A stretch of DNA of 64,000 nucleotides, taken from positions 16,244,001-16,308,000 of the forward strand of contig NW_027266330.1 of the NCBI RefSeq assembly GCF_022045235.1. The letters are read 5' to 3'. Within the stretch, counting starts at the first letter, position 1, and every line of letters begins with the position of its first letter. Under the pieces are notes generated by a model. The model did no database searches. It worked only from the letters and a program-made list of their open reading frames with translations, and had not been told where the DNA came from. Of the stretch, positions 23,957-36,800 are shown one piece after another. This DNA is from Haliotis cracherodii (taxonomy: Eukaryota). The translations under genes and the position numbers were made by a program.

Positions 23957-24680
23957 ACGCCTCCGTGGTGTAGTGTATTGAGCTAAAGGTTGGTGGTTCG
24001 ATCCCCGGCCGCGACGAACCATTAGATGGTGCTTGTTGTTACCCTGCCTGGGGCTCGCCATTAAAGGGACAGCAAGGACTGACCGGCTCGGAGCCAGAAT
24101 AAAGTGTCTGAGTGGAGTGTCCATGTTAAACTGCGGCATGGTATCATGGATATAGAACAGGGGGAGGAGTTTGAGCCTGATACTAAAGAACTGGATGTAG
24201 GACACAGGGAGTATTCTGAAAATAAAATATACGTTAAGAAAAGTATAGTAATTTAAGAGTGGCACCTGGAGTTTTTCCAAATAAAGTTAAATTTAAAACT
24301 GTAATAAAATAACTGGTACTAAAACATCTCACACACAATATTGAGGATTGCTGTTAACCTGACATTTCAGAATAGAAAATGAGGAAGAGGGGCTGAAAAT
24401 CTTCATAATACAAGATATGTTTGATCTTTTCTGTAATCATTTTAATGCAAAACAAGGGGAGTCATTTGGGCCCAGTAGGGGAGTTAGCTGTGCCTGGATG
24501 GAGTGTTTTGAGCCTGGGTAAGGGAGTCATGTGAGCCTAGGCTCAGATGACTCTAGAGTCAAATTTAGGGGGAGTCGTTTGAGCCTACTACACCGGTATA
24601 GACCCGGACTAGTACAAGCAGCCACACGCACATGTGCATGGAGGTTGCTGTACAAGTGAACTAATCGTGAACGTGACGAT
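23957..24680 (+). mobile_element. SINE family 4 copy interrupted by a ~450-bp insertion (~24150-24598)
   Basis: The SINE 5' half ends at ..CTGCGGCATGGTAT and resumes at CCGGACTAGTACAAGCAGCCACAC. The insert carries repeated GGGGGAGTC(A/G)TTTGAGCCT motifs and ends in ..TACACCGGTA, like a DNA-transposon end. Confidence 0.65.
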
Positions 24681-26387
24681 ATTAATGACAAGTCTTTTCA
24701 CATCTGTTCCCAAACACCTGTTCCCGTTGCTACAATGTTGAAACGCACATTTATTATACAGATAATATACCACTCCTATACAACAGCTGTTTGCGTACTA
24801 TTATAAATATTACATCTTTCGTTGTCAAAGCGAAGGTTTGGACACACCAAACAACAGAAACAAATATTGCCACAGTTGCGTGTACGAGGCGAATAATGAA
24901 TTATACATGCCTTGCAATTGACGATATTGACGAGTATTGATTCGAACGTTAATAAAGAGAACCAAATTATTCCGTCTTATGTAATGCGAGTGTTAGGAAA
25001 TCGTCTACGTTTTCAAATAAACAGAGCCAATGAATTGCGTCCGTGTTACCCTGCGTGAAACCAAAACAGTAAATATGTGGCCGCCTGGCTAATGTTATCA
25101 GGTAGATCCGTGTCATCTTGACCCGGCCTCCCCCAACACTGCACAGCTTGAAATTACGTTGGGACACAGCCAGACATATGTAGCCTTGAACTGCAGCCGG
25201 ATTGCACACTGCAACCATGAGTATGAGTAGTATACTGCGTGTTTCATACACGAAAATGATATGTTTGTTTTGTTTGTTTCTTGTTTCACGCCAAGCATAG
25301 TCACCTATTACGGCAAGCATTGGTTGCTGAAGACCTATTCAACACCAGATCTTCACGGGTCTGATACGGATATGAATAAAACTGCAGATAGAATTATCTC
25401 TAAATCATAAACAGGAACTGAGATGAATAACGATGTTATCCAAAGTGGTGTTTCGTTTGTTTGTCGTTTAATCGCGCACTCAGCTATATGACGGCGGTCT
25501 GTAAATATTCGAGGGCCAGGCAATCCAGTGATTAGGTTGCTGAAGACCAGTTCTAACCTGGATCTTCACGCTTGGCAAAGTGATGTAATATTACATTTAG
25601 AATGTTGTAGTACTACGCTATTAAAATGGCATACTCACAACTTTGTTGAAATGTTATTAATATTAAGTGCATGTCAAACGAGGCATCACTATACGTATTT
25701 ATCTTGCCTACGTATTTCAATCTAAAAGAAATAAAAAATGACAGAAAATAGCTGTTCCATTGAGCTGAGGTAAACTTGTGCCGTGTCACGTGACTTTCAT
25801 TGACTCGTAAACAGCCGGTAATTTGTTGCTTAGTCTCGTGATACAACGGATTTATTCGCCTCCTCAAGTGCAGATTGTTTTTGTCGTGTCGGGGCATAGG
25901 GGATTTCTCCCGCTCAGGCATGTATTACCTTCCCAGGCGGGATACGTAGTGTTTTATCAAGACTACGTGAGCCAATCAGATCAACAGTCTGACACGGAGG
26001 TAAGGTAAATGAGATTGTTGTTGGAGCAGGTACAAAACGTCCACTGTATTTCAATGCTGTATTGTACGGTGGCCCATAAGGGACATGGAGTCTGTTTTTC
26101 AATATTTTGATGTTTCACTTACTTTTATTGTAACCTTTTGCAAAGTTACTAAACTTTCTGTCTGTCTACATACATGTATGAGCGTTTCTGCATCTTGCGT
26201 GAGTTCCTGTGTTGGAACTTGTTATCATGATATGTTGCTGTGACAATTATACACATAAAAGGGGCCTAAAACATTCTGATAAACAAACGACTACATTATA
26301 ATTACGACTTCAGGGGCTATGTTAACTTCTATGTGCCTCACTTGTGTGACATATTGCAACTTATCTGCTGTACTCAGCCTACTGTTT

Positions 26388-26666
26388 TAGTGAGTGAGTG
26401 AGTTGGGTTTAACGCCGCTTTTAACAGTATTCAAGTTATATCGCGGCGTGTCAGTCTAATGTGGGAGGAAAGCCCGAAGTGATGCAGGTCTCAGACGTTT
26501 ACCATTTCGGTGAAACCCACGCGCACGGGTATGGTGCTGACAAACCTAGAAACATAATCGGGGCGAACTGGGATTCGAACCCACAGTCATAGGTTTCTGG
26601 AGTCCCCAAGGACGCAATTCTGCACAGCGAATCGCTGCGCCTTAGACAACTCGGCCACCCGTGCCG
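26388..26666 (-). mobile_element. SINE family 2 copy
   Basis: High identity to the family. Confidence 0.85.
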
Positions 26667-26906
26667 TCCCAGTGAGGAATGTCACCTAGAACGTTATCAG
26701 TACTGCGTCAGTTTGACCTGTGGGTTTTGACTGACTGTATTTTTTTACCTATGAACTTTCTATGCTACAGTTAAATATAACTATCGCGACTCTTGTGTAT
26801 AATGACGGCCTAAAATTCGTTCCTGATTCTGTGTTGAGGTGACTCACGTTATTGTTCACATACAATAAATGTATTACATGTGAGAGTGTTCTGTGCTTCA
26901 GACGGC

Positions 26907-29900
26907 ATGGAAATGACACGATTTGCAACGGGTTTGACAGCGCTGTATACAATATGTAAGTATGGACAAAATAAGACTAAACCGATAATGTGTCAACACA
27001 ATTACGTCTCAAATATTTCAGACATTTTTGTATGTTTTGTTGTTTAATGGAATGGTTCTGAAATTTCAGTTTGCACAAGTCACCTTACCGCTGGAATCCC
27101 CGTGCGTACCACTGTGGAGTGTCAGGCGTCTAAATATATCAATAGCTATCAGAAGATTTTCTCCATTTCTATTGAAATATTCAACGTGACAGTCGTTCAG
27201 TTGGAAAAAAAGAAAGACCCCGTAGTTGTTCCCAACGACAAATACACCATAAGCAACATTACCGGACAACTAACAGACAATGATGTGTACATCAGAGGAA
27301 CGACTTTCCTAGAGTGTGAACTCGCGAGTACTATATATTGTGTTTTGTATGGCTACTCAGATTCTGCTTACACGCATGTACGATTCAAGCCGGATACTGA
27401 ATTTGATGGTAAGACTATTATGCATCCTGTAAACGTGAAGATCCGGGTCAGAACAGGTCTTTGGCAGCTCATATTTGTCATAACGAAGCCGGGTGGTCAA
27501 GCTCGCTGACTTACATTCTAAAAAGTAATCTTCCATCAGATTCTGGTTAGAATTGGTCTTCAGCAACCCATTCCCTGGATAGCCTGGTCCAGACTCGTTT
27601 ACAAACCGCCGAAATATAGCTTGAATATTGCTGAGTGCGGCGTTAAATAACAAACAAATAAACAAATATATTGTGTTCACCTGTTAATCATTGTTTATAC
27701 ACAGAATTATTTTATAATCTCACATAATAAAATTCCATGTCCAATATTATCATAAATTGAGAAAATAAGAATTTATATGGAATTTAATTTCTGTTTGTTT
27801 ATGTGTTATTGTAATCATTCACTTGCCATTTTACCCCGTGAAGATGGGGTTGGAGTTAGCCTTCAGCAAACCATGCTTGTGATTAGTGGCGAAGGGTTGG
27901 TCAGGCTCACTGACTTGGTTGTCGTATCCAAATTGCGTAGGTCGATGGTCACGATGTCAATCATTGGATTATCTGGTCCAGACTCGGTTATTTCGGTTAC
28001 TCGTCGTCATTATAGGTGGAATGTTGCCGACTGTGTCGTTAAACATCAAACAAACAATTATCCATTTCAGTTACCTGGGAAAATGTCTCTATTACACGAA
28101 GAAGGGTTCTATTCAATGACAGCAGATACATCACACTTCTGACATGCGCATTAGAGGCTGGATCCAGAACAACGGAGATGTGGTGGCAATCTCGTTCGTC
28201 TGACGAGACTTTTTTAAAACTTGATCCACGTTCATATACTGTCACGAGAAGAGTCGGACCTGGTTGCCATGTGCACGTGCTCAGTGAACTAAGACAGGAG
28301 GCAGGCGAAGGGCAAACGCAGGTCAAGTGCATGTTTGGAGCATTTGAAGTGGGATCAGTCGCAGTTGGAGAAACTAACCAAGGTACCAACTATGCCTCAA
28401 CTTGCATCACGTTACCTCCAACTTGTTTTCAAAACCAGTAACAAATAGACCTACTGCATCAGATATATATATATACACACACATACACACCCATATATAT
28501 GGACCCGTGAAGGTCCGGGGTAGAATAGGCCTTCAGCAACCCATGCTTGCCGTAAAAGGTGACTAACGGGATCGGGTGGTCAGGTTCGCTGATTTGGTTG
28601 ATGCACGTCATCGATCCCAATTGCGTGGATCGATGCTCATGATTTCAATCATATTAGCATGTCAGCTTGATGCGGGAAGAAAGCAAGACTCACTCTGTTA
28701 CAGAAAATGTATTGACTGTTATGTCGTGTATGAGCTGATCATGTTATATTGAAAAAAAGGAATATACAGTCAAATACCGTTGTGTCAAACTTACGGTTGT
28801 CTCAAAGTAAATTCTTGGTCCCTGCGTATTCCTTTTTTATTCATCATTTTTGGTTGTGTCGAACTAGTGATAACCCGAAGTATTTACGCATGTCCCTTCA
28901 ACTTCGACACAACGATGTCTGACTGTACATGAATTCCTTCATGTTTCCGTTACACGATACACACTTGCATTCATGCTTACTGAAATAAAATGATTTACTT
29001 TACAGAACCTGACAATATACTTAGTTCCCATCTTTTCCTATCGACGGGGTTCTTGGTGTACCCACATTTTGTCATCCTGCCACCTTTCTGTGACTTTCTA
29101 CTGATGAAAAACATCATTCCGCAAAATTTCCGAGATCCAAGTAAGACGTTTTATTTCTTTGTGACACCATGCAAGTATTCACATTGACCGTGACTAAGTG
29201 AGTGAGGTAATATTTCACTCTCTATCCAACTAACGACGATAACATTTGATATATGTGCTAAAATTCTATTGTGAATAGCAACAGCCTTATATACGTACAA
29301 TTAAGTTCAATGGCGGAAAGTCTACAGATCTGCTAGTTGAAATTGTAATCTTTTAGGCACCATCAAACATGGGTGTATTCTTTTTTTGCCAGGCAGATTA
29401 GTTGTATTCCGTGTAAAGTTTTGATATCTGCAGAGTACATGTTAGGATGTGTCCCTTGGGAGTATTGACTATATGTCCATTTTTGGAGACAACCAGGTTG
29501 CAAATTTTAGACTGTAGTGCTGATATTTCTGTCGGAAAGTGAAGTGAAATCACCTATAAAACTACGTATTGCGATAATGGATTGTGAGTGTTTTTTTACT
29601 CCATGAACTCACATCACAATATTTCAGAAACAACGAAAAGTAGAAAGCGCAGAGCCTGGATTTCATTAATCACCGGCATTATCTTTCTTGTATGGTGGAT
29701 AATTGTGATTCAAGGTGCTCACACATCAGGTAATTGCATTTTGAAGTAAATTATTCTTTACGTAAGTTGTATAATGTTTTCTTTATCCAAGAGTTGGAGT
29801 CGGAGTTGACAACACTGATAAAATTTGATTTCCTGTTTTATTGAGACGATGTGGTGACAGGACACTTTCTGTAATCGATATATCATACATTGATTGAACT

Positions 29901-31070
29901 ATGTTTAATATTTCAATTTATTTATTTCCAGGTTACGTTTGTTTTTTGGTTATGGAATCATTGTTCTTCATTCTTTATGCTGTTGTCCGACTGCTGCCTG
30001 AAAGGTTCGAGAAAGACGGTAAGTAATAAGAATTACCGGTAATACACGCGTGTATGGGTTACTGACAAATCTTCACATATTGTGTTTTTTATACCTCTTC
30101 GCAGTTGTTAGGTAATACCATTGCGGCATTCTCATGGTATCATATGTAAAATATTACCTTATACCCCACTACCGAATTAAGGGATCAACAAGTCAGGTCC
30201 GGGTTATTAATATTAGTGAGTGAGTGAGCGAGTTGGATTTAACGCTGCTTTTAACAGTATTCCAGTTATATCGCGGCGTGTCAGCTTAATGTGGGAGGAA
30301 AGCCCGAAGTGATGCAGGTCTCAGACGTTTACCACTTCGGTGAAACCCACGAGCACTGGTATGGTGCTGACAAACCTAGAAACATAATCGGGGCGAACCG
30401 GTATTCGAACCCACAATCATAGGTTTCTGGCGTGCCCAAGGGACGCAACTCTGCACAGCGAATCGCGGCGCCTTAGACGACTGGGCCACCCGTGCCCCCG
30501 TTATTAATATTAACTGACACATCGTAAATAGAACAAAGCATCCTACTTCTTGTTTAATCTGTTATTATTTGTAAATGATCATGATCTGGTTCTGCATTTG
30601 ACTATCATTGTAGGTGAAAGACTTCTCTACAACTGTAGAGTATCACTATCCTGCGGAGCTGTCATAACTCCGGGTATCTGTTGGGTGATGATCAGAACTC
30701 AGATGCAACTAGCGTTCTCCATACAGGGTATTATATCTGTTACAGCTGTCATAACTCCGGGTATCTGTTGGGTGATGATCAGAACTCAGATGCAACTAGA
30801 GTTCTCCATACAGGGTATTATATCCAGAGACTATCATAAAGTCGTAGTCTGGACTAAATACATATGATTATTGTATTAAAATATTATATATAACTGTAAT
30901 ACAATATTAACACATGTGAACATATTCCTACGCCATTTATGTGCATATACTGAAACTTATATGTTATGTTTGCAGAATGTGTCTGGTTGGTGGTGACAGC
31001 CATTTCACTCATCACCTTCGTTTCTGTTTCCAACAAGAGAGAATGGAAGTCATGGGACAAGCGCAGTTGA
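26907..31070 (+). CDS. Gene D: 2xIg + five-TM membrane protein (~410 aa), complete
   Basis: Exons: 26907-26955 signal MEMTRFATGLTALYTI; 27070-27408 Ig1 (VECQ..FLECELASTIYCVLYG..TEFD); 28071-28382 Ig2 (LLTCAL..MWWQ..VKCMFG); 29006-29140 TM1 SSHLFLSTGFLVYPHFVILPPF; 29628-29729 TM2 RRAWISLITGIIFLVWWIIVI; 29932-30018 TM3 GYVCFLVMESLFFILYAVVR; 30614-30727 TM4 ERLLYNCRVSLSCGAVITPGICWVMIR; 30976-31070 TM5 + tail ECVWLVVTAISLITFVSVSNKREWKSWDKRS*. Total 1233 nt, in frame, all phase 1. Confidence 0.9.
28765..28928. mobile_element. Tc1/pogo-type MITE
   Basis: TA-CAGTCAAA...CGTTGTGTC and GACACAACG...TCTGACTG-TA terminal inverted repeats. Confidence 0.65.
30216..30499 (-). mobile_element. SINE family 2 copy with TSD
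   Basis: GTTATTAATATTA duplicated on both sides. Confidence 0.9.
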
Positions 31071-32445
31071 TTGTCTTACAGATTATCTAAGGCACTACAT
31101 ATGTACATTTTGATCTGAGCAAGACATGTAGATATAATCCATGTCACGAGGCTTAATATCGTGTATCATTTTCTTTGTAAAAGATATTCGATTAATACAG
31201 ACTAACAGTCATAACTGTGGCTAAAATTAAATGAATTCCCTTTTACGAAACGTCATCTTGCCTGGCGTTATACCACTGTATGGGATCGCGTTTTTATGTA
31301 TTATGTGTTAATAACTGCTCCTTCTCAATCGAATGTTCAGTGACTGTCTTCTTATTACAATGTACAATTACATCAATTCACAGTGGATTATGCACCAGCT
31401 GCAGGGAGAACACACATGTTGTTATGTTCACTAAACTCGGAACTATCACCAATACATACTGAAGATTCCGGGGTAGAATAGGTCTTCAGGAACCAATATT
31501 TGTCGTAAAAGGCGACTATGCTTGTCGTAAAGGGCGACTAACGGGATCGGGTGGTCAGACTCTGGTCCAGGCTCGATTATTTAACAGACCGCCTTTATAT
31601 AGCTGGAATATTGCTGAGTGCGGCGTTAAAAAACAAACAAACAAACAAACAAACAAACCTATTTTTTTCCTAAGTTTTATTCTAATATACAACAAGTGTC
31701 AGTTTCTAAAATAACCCAGGTCGATTATTCACATCCGCATTTTATTTTACAGAAACTGTGTACAGTCTGTTTTATTATTCTTTGTCCGGCACTTGTATGG
31801 AGAGGTCTCATTCCAACATAACGATATAGACAGTTATTGTTGCATTGGGAGTAATAAAATATTTTTTTAATATAATGGCTAGTGTTATCGATGCGATTAA
31901 GCAATCCGGTAAACTTGGTATCACGATCCGATAAATATGCAAATGAGGTCATGAAATCCCCTGGCAAGAACTAACTTTTAGTAAGCTCTGTACAACGATG
32001 CCGCGTTTATTTGCTGAAAAACTATTTTAAAACGTTCCCTCAATGAGAAGATAGCGGTTTCCCAATGAGTGAGTGGTTAAGTGAACAGTCATGTCTGCAA
32101 GTCATTTGGCACTATATAAAAAAATGAGGCAGTTCACTCAGTCTGTATAATCCTACGCGGTTTCTGAACTGACTATAGTGATGAGCAATATGTCTTAAAC
32201 TTCGATGCTCGCATAATACAATATTTAGTTCTAATAGTTAAAACTCATGATACAAAAACAGATCAGGCTAACAATCTCAATATCCTATCGTACCTTAGAA
32301 AGGCTTTCATACTTGTTTGTGTACGCCAGGCTGTTCGAAGTGAATCCTGATAACAGTTATATTCGTTGACAGTCAAACTGTTTCGTCTTTGCAATACAAA
32401 CTTTACCGTACATGCATGGGATCAGTGGTATCACGGTAGATTCAT

Positions 32446-32671
32446 GTTTTGTTTTGTTTGTTTGTTGTTTAACGCCGCACTCAGCAATATACCAGCTATA
32501 TAATGGCGGTCTGTAAATAATCGAGTCTGGACCAGACTATCCAGTGATTGACATCAAAAGCATAGGTCCACGCAATTGGGATTGATGACATGCATCAACC
32601 AAGTCAGCGAGCCTGACCACCCGATCCCGTTAGTCGCCTCTTACGACCTATTCTACCCCGGAGTCTTCACG
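32446..32671 (-). mobile_element. SINE-like family 3 copy
   Basis: Internal deletion; TCACGGTAGATTCATGT repeated on the flanks. Confidence 0.8.
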
Positions 32672-32759
32672 GTAGATTCATGTATGCTGCTGTGGTCAAG
32701 ACAGATGGTTGACAGCAGCAACACATGTACGGCCTGATGCGTCACTACACGACAGAAAT

Positions 32760-33400
32760 CGCCAAGCTGTAGGTAATGGTAAAGTAAACTGGGTTTCCAA
32801 AATTAGACACATTATCGTGTGAACGGGATTTGGTTTTATATGGGATCAACAATGTGTTGCAAATATACCTTTGTTTATAAAGGATTTTTTTGTGAGACTT
32901 AAATTATCGTACCAACAAGACTGGCATTCCGCTATACATGAAAGTTCGAAATGATATTATTATTCTTTGTTTAAGCAAACATTTGGTTTTGAAATGTATA
33001 TTACAAGGCTATCATGTGATACATTTAGAAGTATTATGGCTCGTTTCAGATGTAGTTCTCATCATCTAAGAATTGAATCAGGTAGACATGATAAGGAACC
33101 TAGAGAAGAAAGAGTTTGTACTGTTTGTAAACATGATTATATCGAAGATGAGTATCACTTTATTTTAATTTGTGATTGTTATCAAGTTTTGAGGTCAGAA
33201 TATATATCCTTGAATTATTATGAGTTCCCGACAAGACATAAGTACAATATTTTAATGTCATCCACCAACACATTTACTGTTAAGAAACTATTCTAAAAGC
33301 TATGAATCTAAGGCAAAGTCTGTTGGGATCTCCAACTCCCATCACCACACTGTAACTATTGTATCATGGGCCTATGCCCTACAATACATCTGAATAAAGT
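32760..33400 (+). mobile_element. 5'-truncated LINE 3' end (C-terminal CCHC-like domain)
   Basis: ARFRCSSHHLRIESGRH..REERVCTVC..IEDEYHFILICDCYQVLR, the typical C-terminus of RTE-X / CR1-group ORF2, followed by AATAAA. Confidence 0.85.
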
Positions 33401-33845
33401 GTATAATAACGCCTTTCTTTTTTTCTTTGCCAACGTGAAGCGACTGAAGTATCTAGTTGTTTTAATCGCAAAGGATGCGCTACGCCATTTTGTTTTAATT
33501 TCTATGTTTACAAGGAGCGCGTTCAAGGAAACAACAATGATAAAATCTTGACCTGAGATTTATTGGGTTATTTTCGATATAGGTCAACAGAACATTTTGT
33601 GCACTTCACATGTCGTTCGTTGTCAGCTGTTTTGAAAAAGCTTAGCGGAACATCGTGCAATGCCATTGAACGATATATAGTTTATTCAACCAAAAATGAA
33701 TAATACATTCAGGTACTTCACATGTCATTCACAAGTAGATCCTTTTATTAAAGTCCGTGAGAATATCTAAATGCACTCCTTTCATAAATGATCAGTCGGA
33801 TGTGTTCATGTGTTATGGCAACACGCAAGAACAACTTCATGCACG

Positions 33846-36800
33846 TCAATAACATTTTTCCGGTACTTCCCAATACTTTCCCTCTCGGCTCTTTGAGACG
33901 CAGACGAATCCAGTAAAGCATCCGATCGTCACCAACCAGAAAAAGACCTCTGAAATGTTATGTACACGAGACTGTGTAATGTCAACATATTTCTTTAGAT
34001 GATCTGATCATTATTTTTCCAAAATAATATTAATGTATCACTTTATGAAACAATGCTTTCCAAACGAAATTTGATTTTTTTGTTATCTAACGCCACAATC
34101 AGCAATATTCCAGTTATATGACGGCGGGCTGTAAATAATCGAGTCTGGACCAGACAACCCAGTGATTGACACAATGAGCATCGATCCTCGCAATTGGGAT
34201 ACGATGACATTCATCAACCAAGTCAGCGCCTTAACACCCGATCCCGTTAGTCGCCTCTGACGACAAACATATAGTCGCCTTTTACGGCAAGCATGGGTTG
34301 CTGAAGACCTATGGTGAACAGATGAAGCAAATAAATGTTTACCTACCAAGTCCTATGATGCTAGTGCCTCCATAACACCTGATCATAATCCAGCATATAG
34401 AGGGCGTCATTGTCGCCCCATAGGAAGTGGCTACTCTGATATTGTACAAATATCTCTGACCTGTGAACATGAAATGTATGAGTTAGAAAGGTCTTTGTGT
34501 CCACCTAAAAGCACTCTCCCTGCACACTGTCACCGTTGCGCTGCTTAAATAAAACACCCACAAATATTGACATTGTTATCACATTGTATTGTTTCATCAC
34601 TTGTGATACACAAAGGGTTGGGTCCTTTTTCCCGAACGGACATACAAGGTAAAAGATGTTATTATTTGCAAAAGTCTGTCAAAAAGGATGAGTGTGCATA
34701 AAATTAAATATTTGGGAAATAGTACAACGTTTCGTATACAAAGCCACAATGAACAATAAAGATCTTACGTTTTTTTTCGAAGCGCCTGGACAAGTTTGCA
34801 ATGAACCTCGTGAGGGTGTAGCCAAGTACGAAGACAAATTCGATCACAGCATACATGAAATAACCTGTGTACATGAATACACATGATTAGAAATAGGGAC
34901 AACAAAATCTAACTACAATAATTTGATAATTGAAAACTAATAATTTATATCGACCTGATAGTTTTCTGATGAAACAAAATAACTAACCTAATGATCTGAG
35001 AAGATGGTCTCTTAGAATTATGATCCACCATATGAAGAACGCGAGGCCCACAAGGAATGACATTGCCGTACGAAATCTGCGCATACACAATCGCTCTGAA
35101 AATATGAATAATAACGATTCTTACCTGAAACAAAATCATCATACAAAAATTTGTATGAACACCGATTGGACATGAAGAACAATGACAAGATATTTCAATT
35201 CTTAGTGCATTTTCAAGAACAGGGTACCTTATTTTAAATATATTCTCACCTGGTTTTCGAAATGTTACTTTGTCTCCGAACAGAGCAAATACACATGGCA
35301 AGATGATGAAATGCATGTACACTAACATGCTCGATAGAAACAGATGGGTACTGTGATTATCTGGAAATAGAAACTTAACCGGTGCATATCTAAATAATTC
35401 ATCTATCTTATTACTGGATGATAATGCTTGATTGAGCTATATCTCTTGATAATCGAGATATTAAGAACATCCACACGAACATATGCCCAACATATTCTTA
35501 GAGCCATTGAAATGAAACATGAAAGATATATGAAACATGAAAGATATATATGAAACGTCAACGCGCAAGAATAGCCAATCTCGATTATCGGACGAAACAG
35601 TTTGCATTAGTTGGCAATATAGCGATGAAAATAAAATGAATGGATCACTGGAAATCAGTAATGACACCAGGTGTTCGCGAAAAGGGTAAGTAACATCAAA
35701 ATGTTAACCCGATTTAGTCCTACACTGCAACTTTTCACAGTCATTAATGTCATTATAAATTCTTATAATGTATGTACTAGTCAGTGCATTATAACATTTC
35801 ATAGTTAGTAAGATAAAAAAATGACAAACCCCTGCCAGTTCTGATTGTGAGAGAAGTTGACCTTGACCTATCGTTTTCAGCGATACACTTCAGAGATATG
35901 TCCCCATGTTCTGCGGGCACGTGAACATATTTACTGACAGCATGGTAGGAACACTCTGATAGAGTCACAGTGCTTGCTTGAGGGCTGTCACCAGGAACGG
36001 GTTGGAAGCCTGTGATATCTGAGTGACTGATCATCCATTGCAGTCTAGTTCTGTTAACTCCAAACTGCGCAGAACATATGAACAGCACGACATCACCAAC
36101 GCCGTATGTCTCCTTCACAGGCGTCTGAGTGATTGAAACATTGCTTGTAGCAACTACAACATAAAAATACAAATAGCTATCATTCATTAGGCATTCATAA
36201 AAACAGTACCGTGGATTGCTGAACATATTATTTCAACTCATAACTGCTGCGTTGCATCTGTAGAGAAATATACAACATGCATAGATGGTGCTTCACCACA
36301 GAGTGATGCGTATACCAGATTTTGATCACTTTCACTTAAACATAAGCATATTATAAATAAAAGCAACAAAGCCAGTCAATAACCATAATAAATCTCTGCT
36401 AAGAGAAGAGTCCACTGTACGATATGGACCAAATCTTAAGCACATTTGATTATATACCAGATGTCCGCAAGAAGGTGAGCGTGAAATTGTTTTGAGCAAA
36501 GGTAGCATAATGCTCTTTGAAATCTTCGTGGAAATATTGCGTGATTGCACTGATCAATTCATTAATCAATGATACTTGTGAACATTTGTACCATTTAACA
36601 TCTAACAACATGACAGACAGACATGTACACGTACATTGTGGTCATTCGTCATGACAATGTTCACATAAATTGAATGCGGAAAGAATGAGTTAACTGTGTC
36701 CTACCATTAAATTCCAGCTGCGGCGTGATTGTCAAGTTAGTGTAGGATGTTGGGTTGTATACCATTCCAAATGATTTACATCGAATATGTTGGACATCGC

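Noticed and set aside
27833-28070. Family-3 SINE just upstream of the Ig2 acceptor in both A and D as a shared ancestral insertion
   Set aside because: The A copy is near-consensus and the D copy is heavily decayed, while the genes themselves are highly diverged; independent insertions are more plausible.
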